A stretch of DNA of 64,000 nt from Flaccisagitta enflata (lineage: Eukaryota), in assembly GCA_965153355.1 (NCBI GenBank), contig OZ231126.1, forward strand, positions 4,092,001 through 4,156,000, given 5' to 3'. The notes below the pieces were generated by a model, which was not told the origin of the DNA, searched no databases, and saw only the letters and a program-made list of their open reading frames with translations. Position numbers and translations under genes: made by a program. Shown piece after piece: positions 48,601 to 61,300 of the stretch. Position 1 is the first letter of the stretch, and every line of letters starts with the position of its first letter.

Positions 48601-51600
48601 TGAACCCATTCAGCGTTTTGAATGCTTCAATTGCGTCGCCCCTTTCCCTTCTTTCTGTCAATGTTGTTAAGCCCACGTCCTTCAATTTTTCTTCGTAGGT
48701 TTTTCCTTTAGCGTCCGACAAGAGTCTGATTAGTCTCTCTTGCACTCTTTCCAGCGTCTTTCTATCCCCTTCCATCCACGGGTTCCATGCCGCGACTGCA
48801 CACTCGAGCTTAGGCCTTATGAAGGTCTTATGAAGGTCTTATGAAGGCCTTATGAAGGTCTTATAAAGGATGGTAAGTATGGTAACTAAGTACAAATGCA
48901 ATGGCAAGCAGGAGACTAAATCTTTAATCTACTTTCAAAGATTATAGTTGTCGTTTCTATTCATCGGCTTTGACCGGGTTTATCTACTGCATTTGTTCGG
49001 TCCACGGCTTGTGATTTTAGCTAGCTTCGCTCAACCGGCTTCACCGGCTCACAGAAATCGATCCTACAAATTGACGCGCACATTCAATCATTCATTGACA
49101 TTTGTACTCACCCGAGTGGACCAACATGTGTCGATCTAGCGAGCTCTGGGAGCTGAGAGCTTTGCTGCAGAGGGTGCAAGAGTGAGTGAGAGCGGCGCCG
49201 GGTGTGGCGCCTTCCTCCGTCGACGCCGGAGATGTGGGACGTGGAGAATGTTTTTCTGAAGTAACCAAAAAAAAAAATGAAAGTGGGAAGTTTTATGTTT
49301 TTGATTCCTCAAAATTGGACAAATGGCAAATTATCGTGGTGCTGTTGTCGTTCTTGCGCAATATGGCCTGTTTTGAAATTTTATCTACCATCTATCTATT
49401 ATTTTTTGGCGACGGCTAACTCTTTTCAACCTAGTTTACAACACCGCATTGATCGCGTAGTTAATCATGGCACACAGGAAACTCGTTGAATGATTGTGTT
49501 TATGTAGGGTCTTAATTCTACCATTGGTATGACCTTTGTTAGTAGATGTGAAACTGTAGAAACGAATTCTTTCCTTGGCAATTCATTCAAGTTTGACTCT
49601 CGCATCCTCGCGATGGAAAATCAATCAAGACTCTGAGCCAATCATCCATGTGCAAATGTAACAAAAATCAATCAAGCTAATTAACAGTTTAACACTCGCC
49701 CAACGGTCCAAGTATGGGAAATATTGTATCCTGTGTCGATGGACCCGTTGCCAATTTCGGGGACAATCAGCCTTCCGAGCAACAACAAGAGCCGCAAGCG
49801 CAACAACAGCATCCTCAACAACAATTGCAGCTGCAACAGTATCACCATCATCATCCAAGCCAGCAATACCCACTCGAAAGCTTCCAGAACGATCTTTTCC
49901 AGAAGCCGACCTCCTACGCGCATTTGCCTTGGCACATCCTAGAACAGATTTTCGAGGCGGTTCCGCCCGAATACAGACTCGTCGCCGCAGCCGTTTGTCA
50001 ACCGTGGAAGAACGCGCTTCTCGAGCTGCCTTCCTGCTGGCGCGGAATCAAACTGGGTCTCTTCTCCAACCGCTTCACGATCTTGACCGAGCATCCGTCC
50101 ATACAACATGCCGATTTATTCCCGCTCACGCTCGTTCGAGAAATCCAGTTCAGCCCCGCGATTCCAGCGGTTATTCGTGGTAGATACGAAAGCCCTGATT
50201 ATGCGCCTAATTCAAGTTATTACCCAAAGCGTCTTTCTGACCAGTTACAAGCAATCCCGTATCATTGGATTCGTCTGGCTTTGACACGCGCTCCGAAGCT
50301 AAAACGGTTGGACCTGTCCCGGTTGAAAGTGGGAGATGAGGACGAGGACGCTTTCAGGTGAATATATACAGCTCGTCTATGGACAGGTTGTTTTCGCACT
50401 GATAATGCCATGTGGGTATACTTTTTCGACATCTTCATTCTTCAGCCCAATGACTGCTGATTAGTTTCTCTGGGAACTGAGTGCGTCAGTGCGCCGTTAA
50501 GTAATACAACAATTGGTTGAGGTAATCTCCATTTTTAGCAGTCGAGACGCAGCTCTTTGAGAGGCTTTGCATGTTCGTCGGTCCGTTGGCCCATAAGGCA
50601 CGAGTCGGAAAATGGAAAAACGCGCGTTTTCGATGTTTTTCGGATATGCATGTTGTTGGGGCGGGCATGGGGTGATGATGGGGGTTGGATTCCCCTGCCA
50701 AGCTGTCCGCAACGATATTGTGACCCCGTGTCACTTGTTCCGCCCCAAGATCATGATTGTAAAAAAACTGTTTCGGCTTAACACAGGGCGTTGTGGTACG
50801 ACAGCGCGAAGGATAGTCAATTGACGGACCTCCGATTGCCGACGGGTTTTCACCTGACCGCCCAATGGCTGAAAGATCTCGCGGCTAAACATCCACGCAT
50901 CGAGCATCTCTCCATCTCCACGCCGTGTGTAAGAATCACAGCCGATTCATGTGAAAATCCGTTTGAAGACTTTGCAAATCTGATATCTTTGGATCTGAAG
51001 CATGGGTACTGGGAAAATGGTGAGCCTCACTACGGCGATCCTCAGGCAGTTGGGCCCATTCTCGACCGTCTGCGGTTACAGTCTCTGAAGATATCATACC
51101 CATGTTGTCTCGTTCCTAAAGCGCAAACTACGCCCAACTTGATAGAGCTACTGGTTCATCTCCAAGTTGACTATTGCCTGGGTATGAAAGACGCCGAGAG
51201 AATCATATTAAACTGTCGTCTATTGGAGTCCTTGCAATTTACTCGGTTCTGCATAAGAAACCCCTACACTGACAACGTTGACCGAGATTATCCGCCTATA
51301 ATCCAATCTCATCATCAGATGTCACCTCACCTCAATTCGGCGACTTTTGCGTTGGATGACGTAAATTCAAATGTGGTACGATAATATGATTTGTCCTGAA
51401 TGACTCAGTTGTCAGTGCCGGCTCAGGTTTTATGTGGGTGGAGTAAATCGGCGATTTGAAATATAGGAGTTGGATGGGTGAGTGATGGGTAGAATCTTTT
51501 TTCAGGCGGTCAGGTGACAAAGAAAATTTACATCTTTCGAAGTTGTTTCAAAGTCACCATAACCTTTCCTTAGAACCTCCAAAAGTCATTTCTTGGGATA

Positions 51601-52269
51601 TCGGCGCTTAACGAACGGTACCACAACGGAAAATGCAAGATTTTACTCAATTATGTAAATTAGAGAAACGCAGGAGAGTGCACGGCTGCTCAAAGAAGAA
51701 TTTCTTCATGTAGGGATTATAGTAAAGCCCTTTTTAAGTGCGTCCTTGAACTTCTTTACAGACTGCATGAAAATACAACGAGAGCAGTCGCGAGAAGTTA
51801 CCCAAATCTATAGCAGTACCCCCTACAGCCCATACAGTAAGTGATATGAGGTCAAATAGGGTATCAATCAAGTGCTTATGTGAATACAAGTGGCGCCATC
51901 GAGGCGATTTCTCAATTTCTTCCTATTTACGGAGATACAGGCTACAGAATGGCTTAAATCAGGCTTTTTTCAACACTCTTCAAAACAGCAAATTTTGACC
52001 CTTTCAAGAGCTGTATCTCATGAACTGAGCTGAATCTTCCAAATCGCTCCGATGGCGCCACTTGTATTAACATAAGCTTTCGATTGGTACCCTACATGAC
52101 CATATAGCACCTCCTAAATGGGCTGTTGGGGGTACTGCTATAGATTTGGGTCACGCCTTTGGACTGCTCTCGTCGTATTTTCATTCAGTCTGTATACTCT
52201 TTCTGAGTATCCATTCCAAATTTCAACGTTCCGAATCGAGGCGTTCAGAATTTATGCTTCTTTCAAACA

Positions 52270-52309
<40 letters not shown>

Positions 52310-55300
52310 ATGCTTCAGAAGTGTCAAACAGTGTTTCCTCTTCATTAGCTTGCACATACGGACTTTTGAGAAACCTTAAAACTATCAAAATTGGCACTGG
52401 CAACTTTCACTTTTTTTTCTTAAAGCGTCCGAAATAGGGTCAACCTGTCACATGACCAACTCTGATATCATTACGTCCAATTGTTTCGTTTTCTTTTTTT
52501 GCGGAGTTGAAAACATGCCAACGAAAGTAAAAAAAAAATTTCATTCAACATAGATTTCTTAACAAAAGAATATGACATTATAGCAACACCTGTGACAAAA
52601 TGTGACATGTCTTCTTAAAGCGTCCGAAATAGGGCTGGTCGGAAAAGCGGATATGGAATTTTTCTGGCGATTGTGACGATCAAATCAACGGTCGTCTTCG
52701 TTCTATTAGGCCTAGATCTAGGGACTGCGACAGATAAATCACTTTAATTCACTCGCCAGACCCCCTCTAAAAAAATATAAAATAACACATAGAATTGGTG
52801 GGTTCAAAGCAATTTTGGCGTTAATGATACTGCAACTCTTGAGCAAGTTTTTTCGTGTCAAAATATAGATAACGCCTTTATTTTTTTTTCAACTTTCTCT
52901 AATAAGCCAATAGAGATAATTCCACGTTTCTCACGGTAAGAATGAAGTAAAACTTGCCGAAAATATTAGTATTTCTCTGTGCTACACATTTGCTCCACGA
53001 TTTTTACCAAAAATTGATCATTATTTTTAACTGCAATCCCATGAAAATCGCCAATTTTTAAAAAAAACTTAAGTTCTTAGACTCAAATACGATCTCTGGG
53101 AATGATATTGGATGCTGAAAAGCCTTGGATGGAAAGTGAAGCGCAAAATTCGAGTGTAAATGGCGTAAAAACACCGGGACCGCCTGAAAAAAAATTCTAC
53201 CGATGGTCAGATTTAATTGAAGTCTTAAAGATAACCACTGTTTGAACGATGATAATGATTTCTACTCTCTCCCAGTTGTGGGCTCCAGATGCTTATGCTC
53301 GTATGCACGGATACCGCAGGTTGATGGAGATCCTCAATCTTTGCCCGACGCTCACTGATATCCGTTTGATCAGCGCGGAACGGGAATGTTCATTTTTATC
53401 AGGCAACTATCTTGATTAAAAATTACTTCTGAGATGAAACAATGACTGCAAATGGATGAATAGGATTGAAACTAGTGACGCGGGGTCACAATATCGTTGT
53501 GGGCGGGGGGCATCCAACCCCCATTTACACCTTAACTCCCACCCTACATTCAAACATACACTACTAGTCATCCAAGGATCGCATATGGTCAGCGGTACCC
53601 GATGCCCTGCTGGAAATGATCTAATAAACAGTGGAGTAAGACCAGGGCAACTGCTTCAAAGGGCTGATGTCCTATAGGACACAGGGGCAAAAATTATGTA
53701 CGTCCTTCCATCCTGGAAGCGCAATTTTGGGGCCTTTTGAGCAATTTTCTATGATATTCAATGGGAGTTCAGCAATGACTTGATTTCTTGTCAATTTTCT
53801 ATGTTATTTAATTGAAATTTCGCACATTTTTGATTTTTGCTAGTTTTCTTTGTTATTCAATGGTGAGTTTACATTTTGTCAATTATCTATGTTATTCAAT
53901 GAGCAGCTTTTGGGGGATGGAAGGAAGGATGTAAGTAATTTTTGCCCCTGTACTACGGGACATCGGCCCTTTTAGGCCACTGCCCTAAACACCTAAAGTT
54001 TCTAAAACGCTCGTTGTTCCACTTTTCAACTCGATCACCATGGATGGACCGACTTACGGACAGACTGACAAAGCCTGCGTGTCCGCAACTTTAAGAAGAT
54101 TAATTTCAAATCTTCCAAGAGATGTATTTGGGCTTGAAAGCCATTTTAACCCACTCTACTCCGGTGTGTCAAAAATAAAAAAGTTTCTTTGATCTGATCA
54201 TCAGCATCGGGGTGTGTAAACAAAACAATTTTAAGACTTTTAGCGTTTTTATTTTTTCAAATTTCAGCCATCATCTGTTTTTTTATAGCAGGAAAATATT
54301 GTCAAAAATATATATACTTTAACAGTCTCCACCTAGTTTGTTGAAAATAAGACCCAAACTTTAACTTAGAATATCAAATTTTATTACTTTTCATGATTTT
54401 GGTGGTAAAAAAACAAAATTTACCTAATCCCAACTAGAAATCAAACCAAGATATTCAAATAGCTACTTCATTACACAAAAAATTCTGATATAAAATCTAA
54501 AACACAGCAATATACAAATTAGCGTCTCAAAAGGGGTTTTGGAAAAAACGGAACATGAATGAAATTTGTTAAAATAAAAACACTAAAGGTCTTAAAATTC
54601 TTTTATTTATGCACCCTGATGTCGATGATCCGATCAAAGAAACTTTTTTATTTTTGACACACCCGACCACTCTACTTTGGCCCTTTACTATTTATTAATT
54701 GAAATTGGTGACCCTGCTTTTCATTGATGTAAAAGGATCCTTTCCGTTTTCCGTTTTCTCGGGCCAATCGGGTCCTGCTCGCGTCTGGTGGACCAACATC
54801 TCTTGCATACGTTTTTCATTGTTCTGGAATCGAGGGGAATGGCTTCGTTTGAAATCCTCGTTGGTGCACTTTCACCAACTCAAGTCTTTGACCTTGGAGG
54901 CCGGATGGCGATGGGATGGAGTCGTTGAAGATGAATCAGCCAACAACCCTGCAGCCGAATCGGTGTCGCTTCGTCAATCCCTCGACACTCTCTCCTTCCG
55001 CATGGAGGCTTGCCTTTTCAGAAGAAACAAATTTAAGAGGTGCAAATCTTCGGAGCTGTTGCGCAATGAGAAAATGTCATTTTGTATAGTAGATCTCGTC
55101 TAAACGTGAGATGACGGGGGCAAGTGTAATGAGAAATTTTTTTTGATAAGGGAACTGATATTTAAACCAATGAAACATTGCTAAGAATCAAAATAATCAC
55201 AATATTTTCTGAAAAAACAACGGTCTATTTGGCAGTTGCTGGGAAGTGCATCTATGACAAGTGGAACAATATCCCTCACTACACCCAAACTGAAAAACAT

Positions 55301-58300
55301 GGAAGGAGGCCTTGTGAGCCTTCATTGACTAGTTACTACATGCATCACTCCTACGATGCATCCTAGCAACCGCTTAACTAGCGATATTCCTGCAAAACAT
55401 ACTGTGGGAAAGTTGAAGCAAATTTGAGGAATAATTTCTGGAGTTGCATCATTGATCGCAAAGCCTTTTTTAGTGGCGGACACGCAACTCTATAAGAGGC
55501 TTTGTCCGTCCGTCGGTCCGTCGGTCGGTTGGTCGGTCTGTGGACACAAGTCAAAAAGTGAGGAAATGAGCGTTTTAGAACATTTCTAGTTGCGGACAGT
55601 TGCATTTCTGCCCCTGCCCACCCGTACGCAATTGATGGCCGTGTATCCGGCCTTGTTTATTTTTCATTAGCAAATAGTCTCTGTGAAGTACTCTCGAGTG
55701 AGAATATAGACTAACTTTTGAGTCATGAGTAATTCACCCAGTTTCTTCTTTAGTAAGTGCTCAATGGTCCATAAGAATCACTGTGTACTTGCTTTGCTTT
55801 TCAGGGTTTGCACCCCTGCCGGCGTCTTTGGGTTGATGGAAGAAATCATCGCCAGTTGGCCGATTGTAAAGCGTCTTTCTTTCGACGTCGAAGTTTCGCC
55901 GGAACAACTCGGCAGCTTTTCTGCGCGGTTCTTCGGCTCTCAATGCCTTCTAAGGGATTCCGTCCTTCCAAGTCAGAAATTGGAAGAATTTCAAGTCTCC
56001 TTTCAGGCGCGTTCAGCACATGTATATACCGCTGCATATTTACCTTTCGGGGGGGGGGGGGGGAAGAATTGATAGAAGTAACTCAGAGGAAAAAAATTTT
56101 GAATATTTTACACTTTCGGACTTTTGGTAGTTCCAAAAGAGGATGTAGGATTGCCACAAATCACTATCTTATTAAATAGTATTTGGACTCTTGAACATTC
56201 TCAATTTTGGGGTGAAAAAAGACATTGGAGAGACTGTATACACCCAATAATCGTACATTTCAAACGATCAGATATCCGACAACTGGGACGGGAACCTTCC
56301 GCAAGCGGTGATTCCTCGTGCAACGTGGGTCAATCAGGAGACACTACGGAGTTTGAAAGAATTGACCCTCGATTGCCACGCCAAGCTCGACCAGGACAGT
56401 TTCGCGATTCTCGTTAAGTCTACGCCTCAACTGCAGAGTTTCAGGAGCTTTACCAATACGTATAATTATTACTGCCAGAATTCAATGGCTCTTAGTGGTC
56501 TTCGGCTGACAGACTTGGAAGCCATTGCAGGCTGGAAACAGCTCCGCTCTTGCCATCTTATCCTGGATGTTCTCCAGAAAGATCTGGCTAAACTACCATC
56601 GTCGGAGAAGTTTGTCGAGAAGTTTGTCGAGTTGGAGGATTCCAGTTTTTTGCCGCGCTTGGTCAACCAGTGGAAAGAGGGGCTGAACCTGCTAGAGCTT
56701 ATGGACGTGTACTGTCGTGTTGTGGAGGGTGACGAATACACTGATGGAGGTCATCAATTTTATCCCGTCGTCTACGGCTGCAAGTGCGACTGCGGCGCGT
56801 TGCATTTTTGCATCGTTGCGGAAAACCCCATGGCCAAGTGTCTTGGATTCCAAAACTAGATGGAATAAGAGCTACGATCTATCCAAAAATTAGTACTAGT
56901 CCGAGAGGGTTTGTTTTCAGATTAAAAAAAAATCATGTCATGCTTACGGCGATATGCCTTGTTAATTCGATTTGCGCATTGCGCAGTTGGGGGGTGGGGC
57001 CGGGGGAACCTGGTAGGAAGAAAACATTGAAGCTGCCATTCTCTACACTCGTCACACCAGTCACCACGCAATTCTCTTGGGCCTGGAACGATTGATTTCA
57101 AGCAAGCGACATTATACGTGTTGGCATTCGATATCTGTCTACATGACAAATAATGCCATCATTCTTTTCTTGCATGCTAGGTGTAATTTAGAGCTCTTTG
57201 ACATCTTCACAGGTATATAGTCCTTGAGACGGATGAAATTGCATTTATAAACGAGATGAGGAAAGGCAAAAAAAGGCCGACGCCTTGTTTCGAAGGTCCG
57301 ATACCTCAACGCGATGAGATAGACTTTGACAAGCCGACTTCATTAAGAAATCGAGTTTTACTCGCGTTGCGCGGTCGTCTCCATTGGCATTGCGATGAGA
57401 AAATAAATTCCACCAAAGCGTCATGGCGTTGTAAAAACAACAAGATCAAGAATTGCCCGGGTCGGGTCACTACGATCATGAAGAAGGGCGCCCCTTTTAG
57501 CGTCGCCAACATCGTCAAGTTTACCACGACGCCCTATTGTTCCAGTTGCGTTTCATCCCAAACCAATGTTTTCGCGCAACGAGTCGCGGTAAGATTATAG
57601 AGGAGTTTAGACCCCTAAGGCAGACTTTAGTCTGCATGGCAAGGGCATATTCTGATATTCGCACTTTATTCTACCGCCTGTTTTTTTCGGCAGCAGCCCC
57701 GAAGGGGACAAAGTCCTGTAGAACACAGGGGCTCTTTTGTTCGTCCGTCCATTCCTTCATCCCCCAGGCCCTCTTAGGCCTGAAATATGTCCTATCAGGC
57801 CTGAAATCTGTGCTATCAGGCTTGAAATCTGCCCTCAGGCCAGCAATATGTCCTCTCAGGCCTAGATCTGCCCTCTCAAACGGATGAATGAAAGTCCCCC
57901 TGTGTTCTACAGGACTTGTCCCCTTCAGAGCTGCTGCCCTGCTTCTCTCTTACTTAAAAATCACAATCATGCAAAGCAGGGCAACAGGCAGGGTACGGCA
58001 AAGCGCCCGAGCACACGAGCATTCCTTGTAGGCAGCAAGCTATTTTTGTAGGCAAGTGAGAAAGATATATGAAATATATATTATGAAATTAAATATAATA
58101 AAAAAAAAGTTTCAACCTAAATGTCAAAGTTTTGTTTTGTCTGAATTTTCAATTGGTTGGAATTTAAGAGATTCTAAATAAATTTGTATGTTTTGACCTA
58201 GAATATATCAAAAACTTTTGGAAATTATATGATTTTATTGTAGGCAGAAAACAACTGAATAATTCTGCTTACAAGTTGGCAGCTAAAAATTTTGCCGTAC

Positions 58301-61300
58301 GCTGGCAACAGGTATTGCTGACCACATAGTGCCCTTGGGCGACCTGTTTCTATGCATTAGCTGTCAATGAATTATGGCCTTGTGATTGTATAACATAGAA
58401 AAGGTGTTCAAATACAAACTAGTTGATCTAGTTGATCCGTTTGCGTTCCAACTGATCGACCAACCAACTGACGGACATGGTCTTCAAAGTCGTGCTTTGG
58501 AGCACATGGAAAGCCAGCGTCTACATCTTATACAGCTTTACATAGGCGTCCGTCAGTTTGTAACACCGTTATCAGCTATCTGTACCGACATTTATTAGGC
58601 TAGTTCAGCGTTCAGTCTTGTTTTTCTCAATCGCTTTATCATACATGTATTGTAGGGGGAAATCACAATGCGCGGTAAAGCGGAAGGTGCGCTACCGAGA
58701 AAGCTGAGGCGGATCACCCAATAGGCTTAATAGGCTTAAGCCTAGGGCCCCGCGCCTCAGGGGGGCCCCGCGCCTGCCAAAAAAAAAATAAAAAAAAGAA
58801 AACAAAGAGAAAAAAGACAAGACAGTAACTAAAGAAAAGAAGAAAGAAAAAGAAGAAAGCAAGAGTAGAAGAAAAAAAATGAAAAGAAAAAAAGAGTTAA
58901 AGACCAAAAATAAGATCATTAAGAATCAGCATCTGCATGAGATGGTAAACAATTGCAGAGGTATTATTCAAAACAGAAACTTATAAAAGATCATTAACAG
59001 ATATCTTGTACTTTTTTTAAAGAAAAAAATGGCATAAATGGCATTATCAGCTTTGAAAACAATTTTTAGATTTTTAAAGCTAGAAAATTTCTTTTTTTAA
59101 TTTTTTTTAAATCTAATTAAAAGTAAATGTTGTAATTTGTTTTATGCTTTATAATTAATCAGTGAAAGAATATTTAAATATTTCAAATCAACAAACAGAA
59201 ACATTGAATGATGTATGACAAATCTAACTGTAAAAAAAGAAAAATGATATATAAGACGCCAGGGGATCTAAAAAAGAGATGGAAGGTCCACCTTTCAGTC
59301 AAGCCTTAAGCCTTGCACTTTGTTGATCTGCCTCAGGCTGATAAGGGAGGGGCAGATGGGGGGAAGGGGGGCCCCGCGCCCTAGCCAAGCCTAGGGCCCC
59401 GCGCATTGTTGATCCGCCTCAGCGAGAAAGACAATTCGCGAAGCCGTTCTTTCCAAGGAACCCAATTTTGTCAAAGCCGCGTCTGAGCGAGGCAGCCATC
59501 AACCCGTGCGGGGGCGACTAACAACCACGGCTTGCGGGGGGATGCCGAGCGATGTTACCGATGCCGAGGTTGGGAACAGCGAAAAAATCGGCGATGGAGA
59601 AGATTTATCTTTTGAAGTCGTAGTCGACAACGAGGACGGTCCATCATTCACCAATGAAGATGCCCTGGGAGACGCGGTTGGAGATGACGATATCATTGGA
59701 GATGCGGTTGGCGATGGTTCCTTGGATGATGCGGTTGAAGATGATGGCGCGATTGAAGACGTCGACAAAGCAAATCCTCCGATTAAGAGAGAAATTGGAG
59801 AGAGTCTTGACGCCGCCATTCAAAAGCTGGAAGTTATCAGGGAACCAGACGCCGCCGATGGCGCCACCAGCGAAGGATCTCGCGCCGACGTCGTCGCGTC
59901 GATGGAATAAAGCAAACCCACGCGGCGTCGATCATGAATGGAGGATCTACCAACGCGTCTTACAGCATGGAAATGAACGGCGAAGAATCCTCTTCCAATT
60001 CGCTGGGATCCAATGAAACAGAGGAAGCGGCCCGACTTCACAAGACGCCGGAGGAGGAGGCTGAATGGCGCGGGAGAGAGGAGGCAGCTGCCCAACTTCA
60101 CGAGACGCCGGAGGTGGCGGGATACGTTGATGCTGATGAGGAGGCGCCGCAGAAGTTCTCGCGGCAGCGCTTGCAGAGAAAATGCCCACGCTGCTGTTTC
60201 ATCTTCCCCTCCAACGATGCAGAGGATGAGCAATATCGCCGTCATCTCAAAAACGAATTGGAACAATTTCGAGGCAAGAAAGTGTGCCCCGAGTGTGAGG
60301 TCGACTGCGGGGTTCCTTACAAAATGGTCGATCACTTCTTTGCCTGCCACGGCTCTTTTAAAAAGTTCGTCTGTCAGGCCAACGACGACTGCGTCAAAGG
60401 GTTTTGGACCCGTGATAGACTTAGACTGGAAAGTTTTCCTAGGTCAGTCAGTAGCTCACTCTTTTGCATGGACCTGCTCAGCGCTTTCAATAATGCACGT
60501 TTCAAATTTCAAGGTTCTGGCTCAAATACTTTAGAAGTTATGAGCATTTGTTTGAACCATATCAAACTGAAAAAGTTCCAAGAGAATTTTTAAACTTTCT
60601 TTGAAAATATGGCCGGCAGTGAATTTCAACAGAGTCCAAGTTTCTTGAAAAAAAAGTAAAGTTACAGGATTTTGGATCTAGGCAAATCAAACAATTTCCT
60701 ACTGATTGCACCCTACTTTTAAAAACCATTTTTCAAAAAAATATTTTGTGATTTTTTTTTTAAGTCCCCAACGCGCGGAACAAAAATTTAAGTTTTTTGA
60801 AAAAAAAAATGAAAATACAAGATTTTGGATCTAGGCAAATCAGAAAATTTCCTATCGATTGCACCCCACTTTTAAAAACCATTTTTCAAAAAAATATTTT
60901 GTGATTTTTTTTCAAAGTCCTCAACGCGTGACACAAAAATTTTCAAAGTTTTTTTGAAAAAAGTGAAAATGCAAGATTTTGGATTTAGGCGAATCAAACA
61001 ATTTCCTTTCGATTGCACCCCACTTTTTTTTCAGAAAAAAATCCTCATTAAGGGCCTTTTTTGGGGCCCTTAGGGGCCCCTATGACGTTCAAAATTTTGG
61101 TTAATGAGATCAACAGAATTATGTGCATACACCAAGGTATCTTTCAGGACCAAATTAAGGCTGATTAATTAGACCTCAAGCTCCATGCCGTTAATCCCTC
61201 TGGCCCGGCCGCATTTAAAAGAGAAATCGGAAAATTCACCAGGACTCAGATTCCGGATGTAAGGTCAATCTCTACCCGTGAAGAATTGGACTCACACGTG

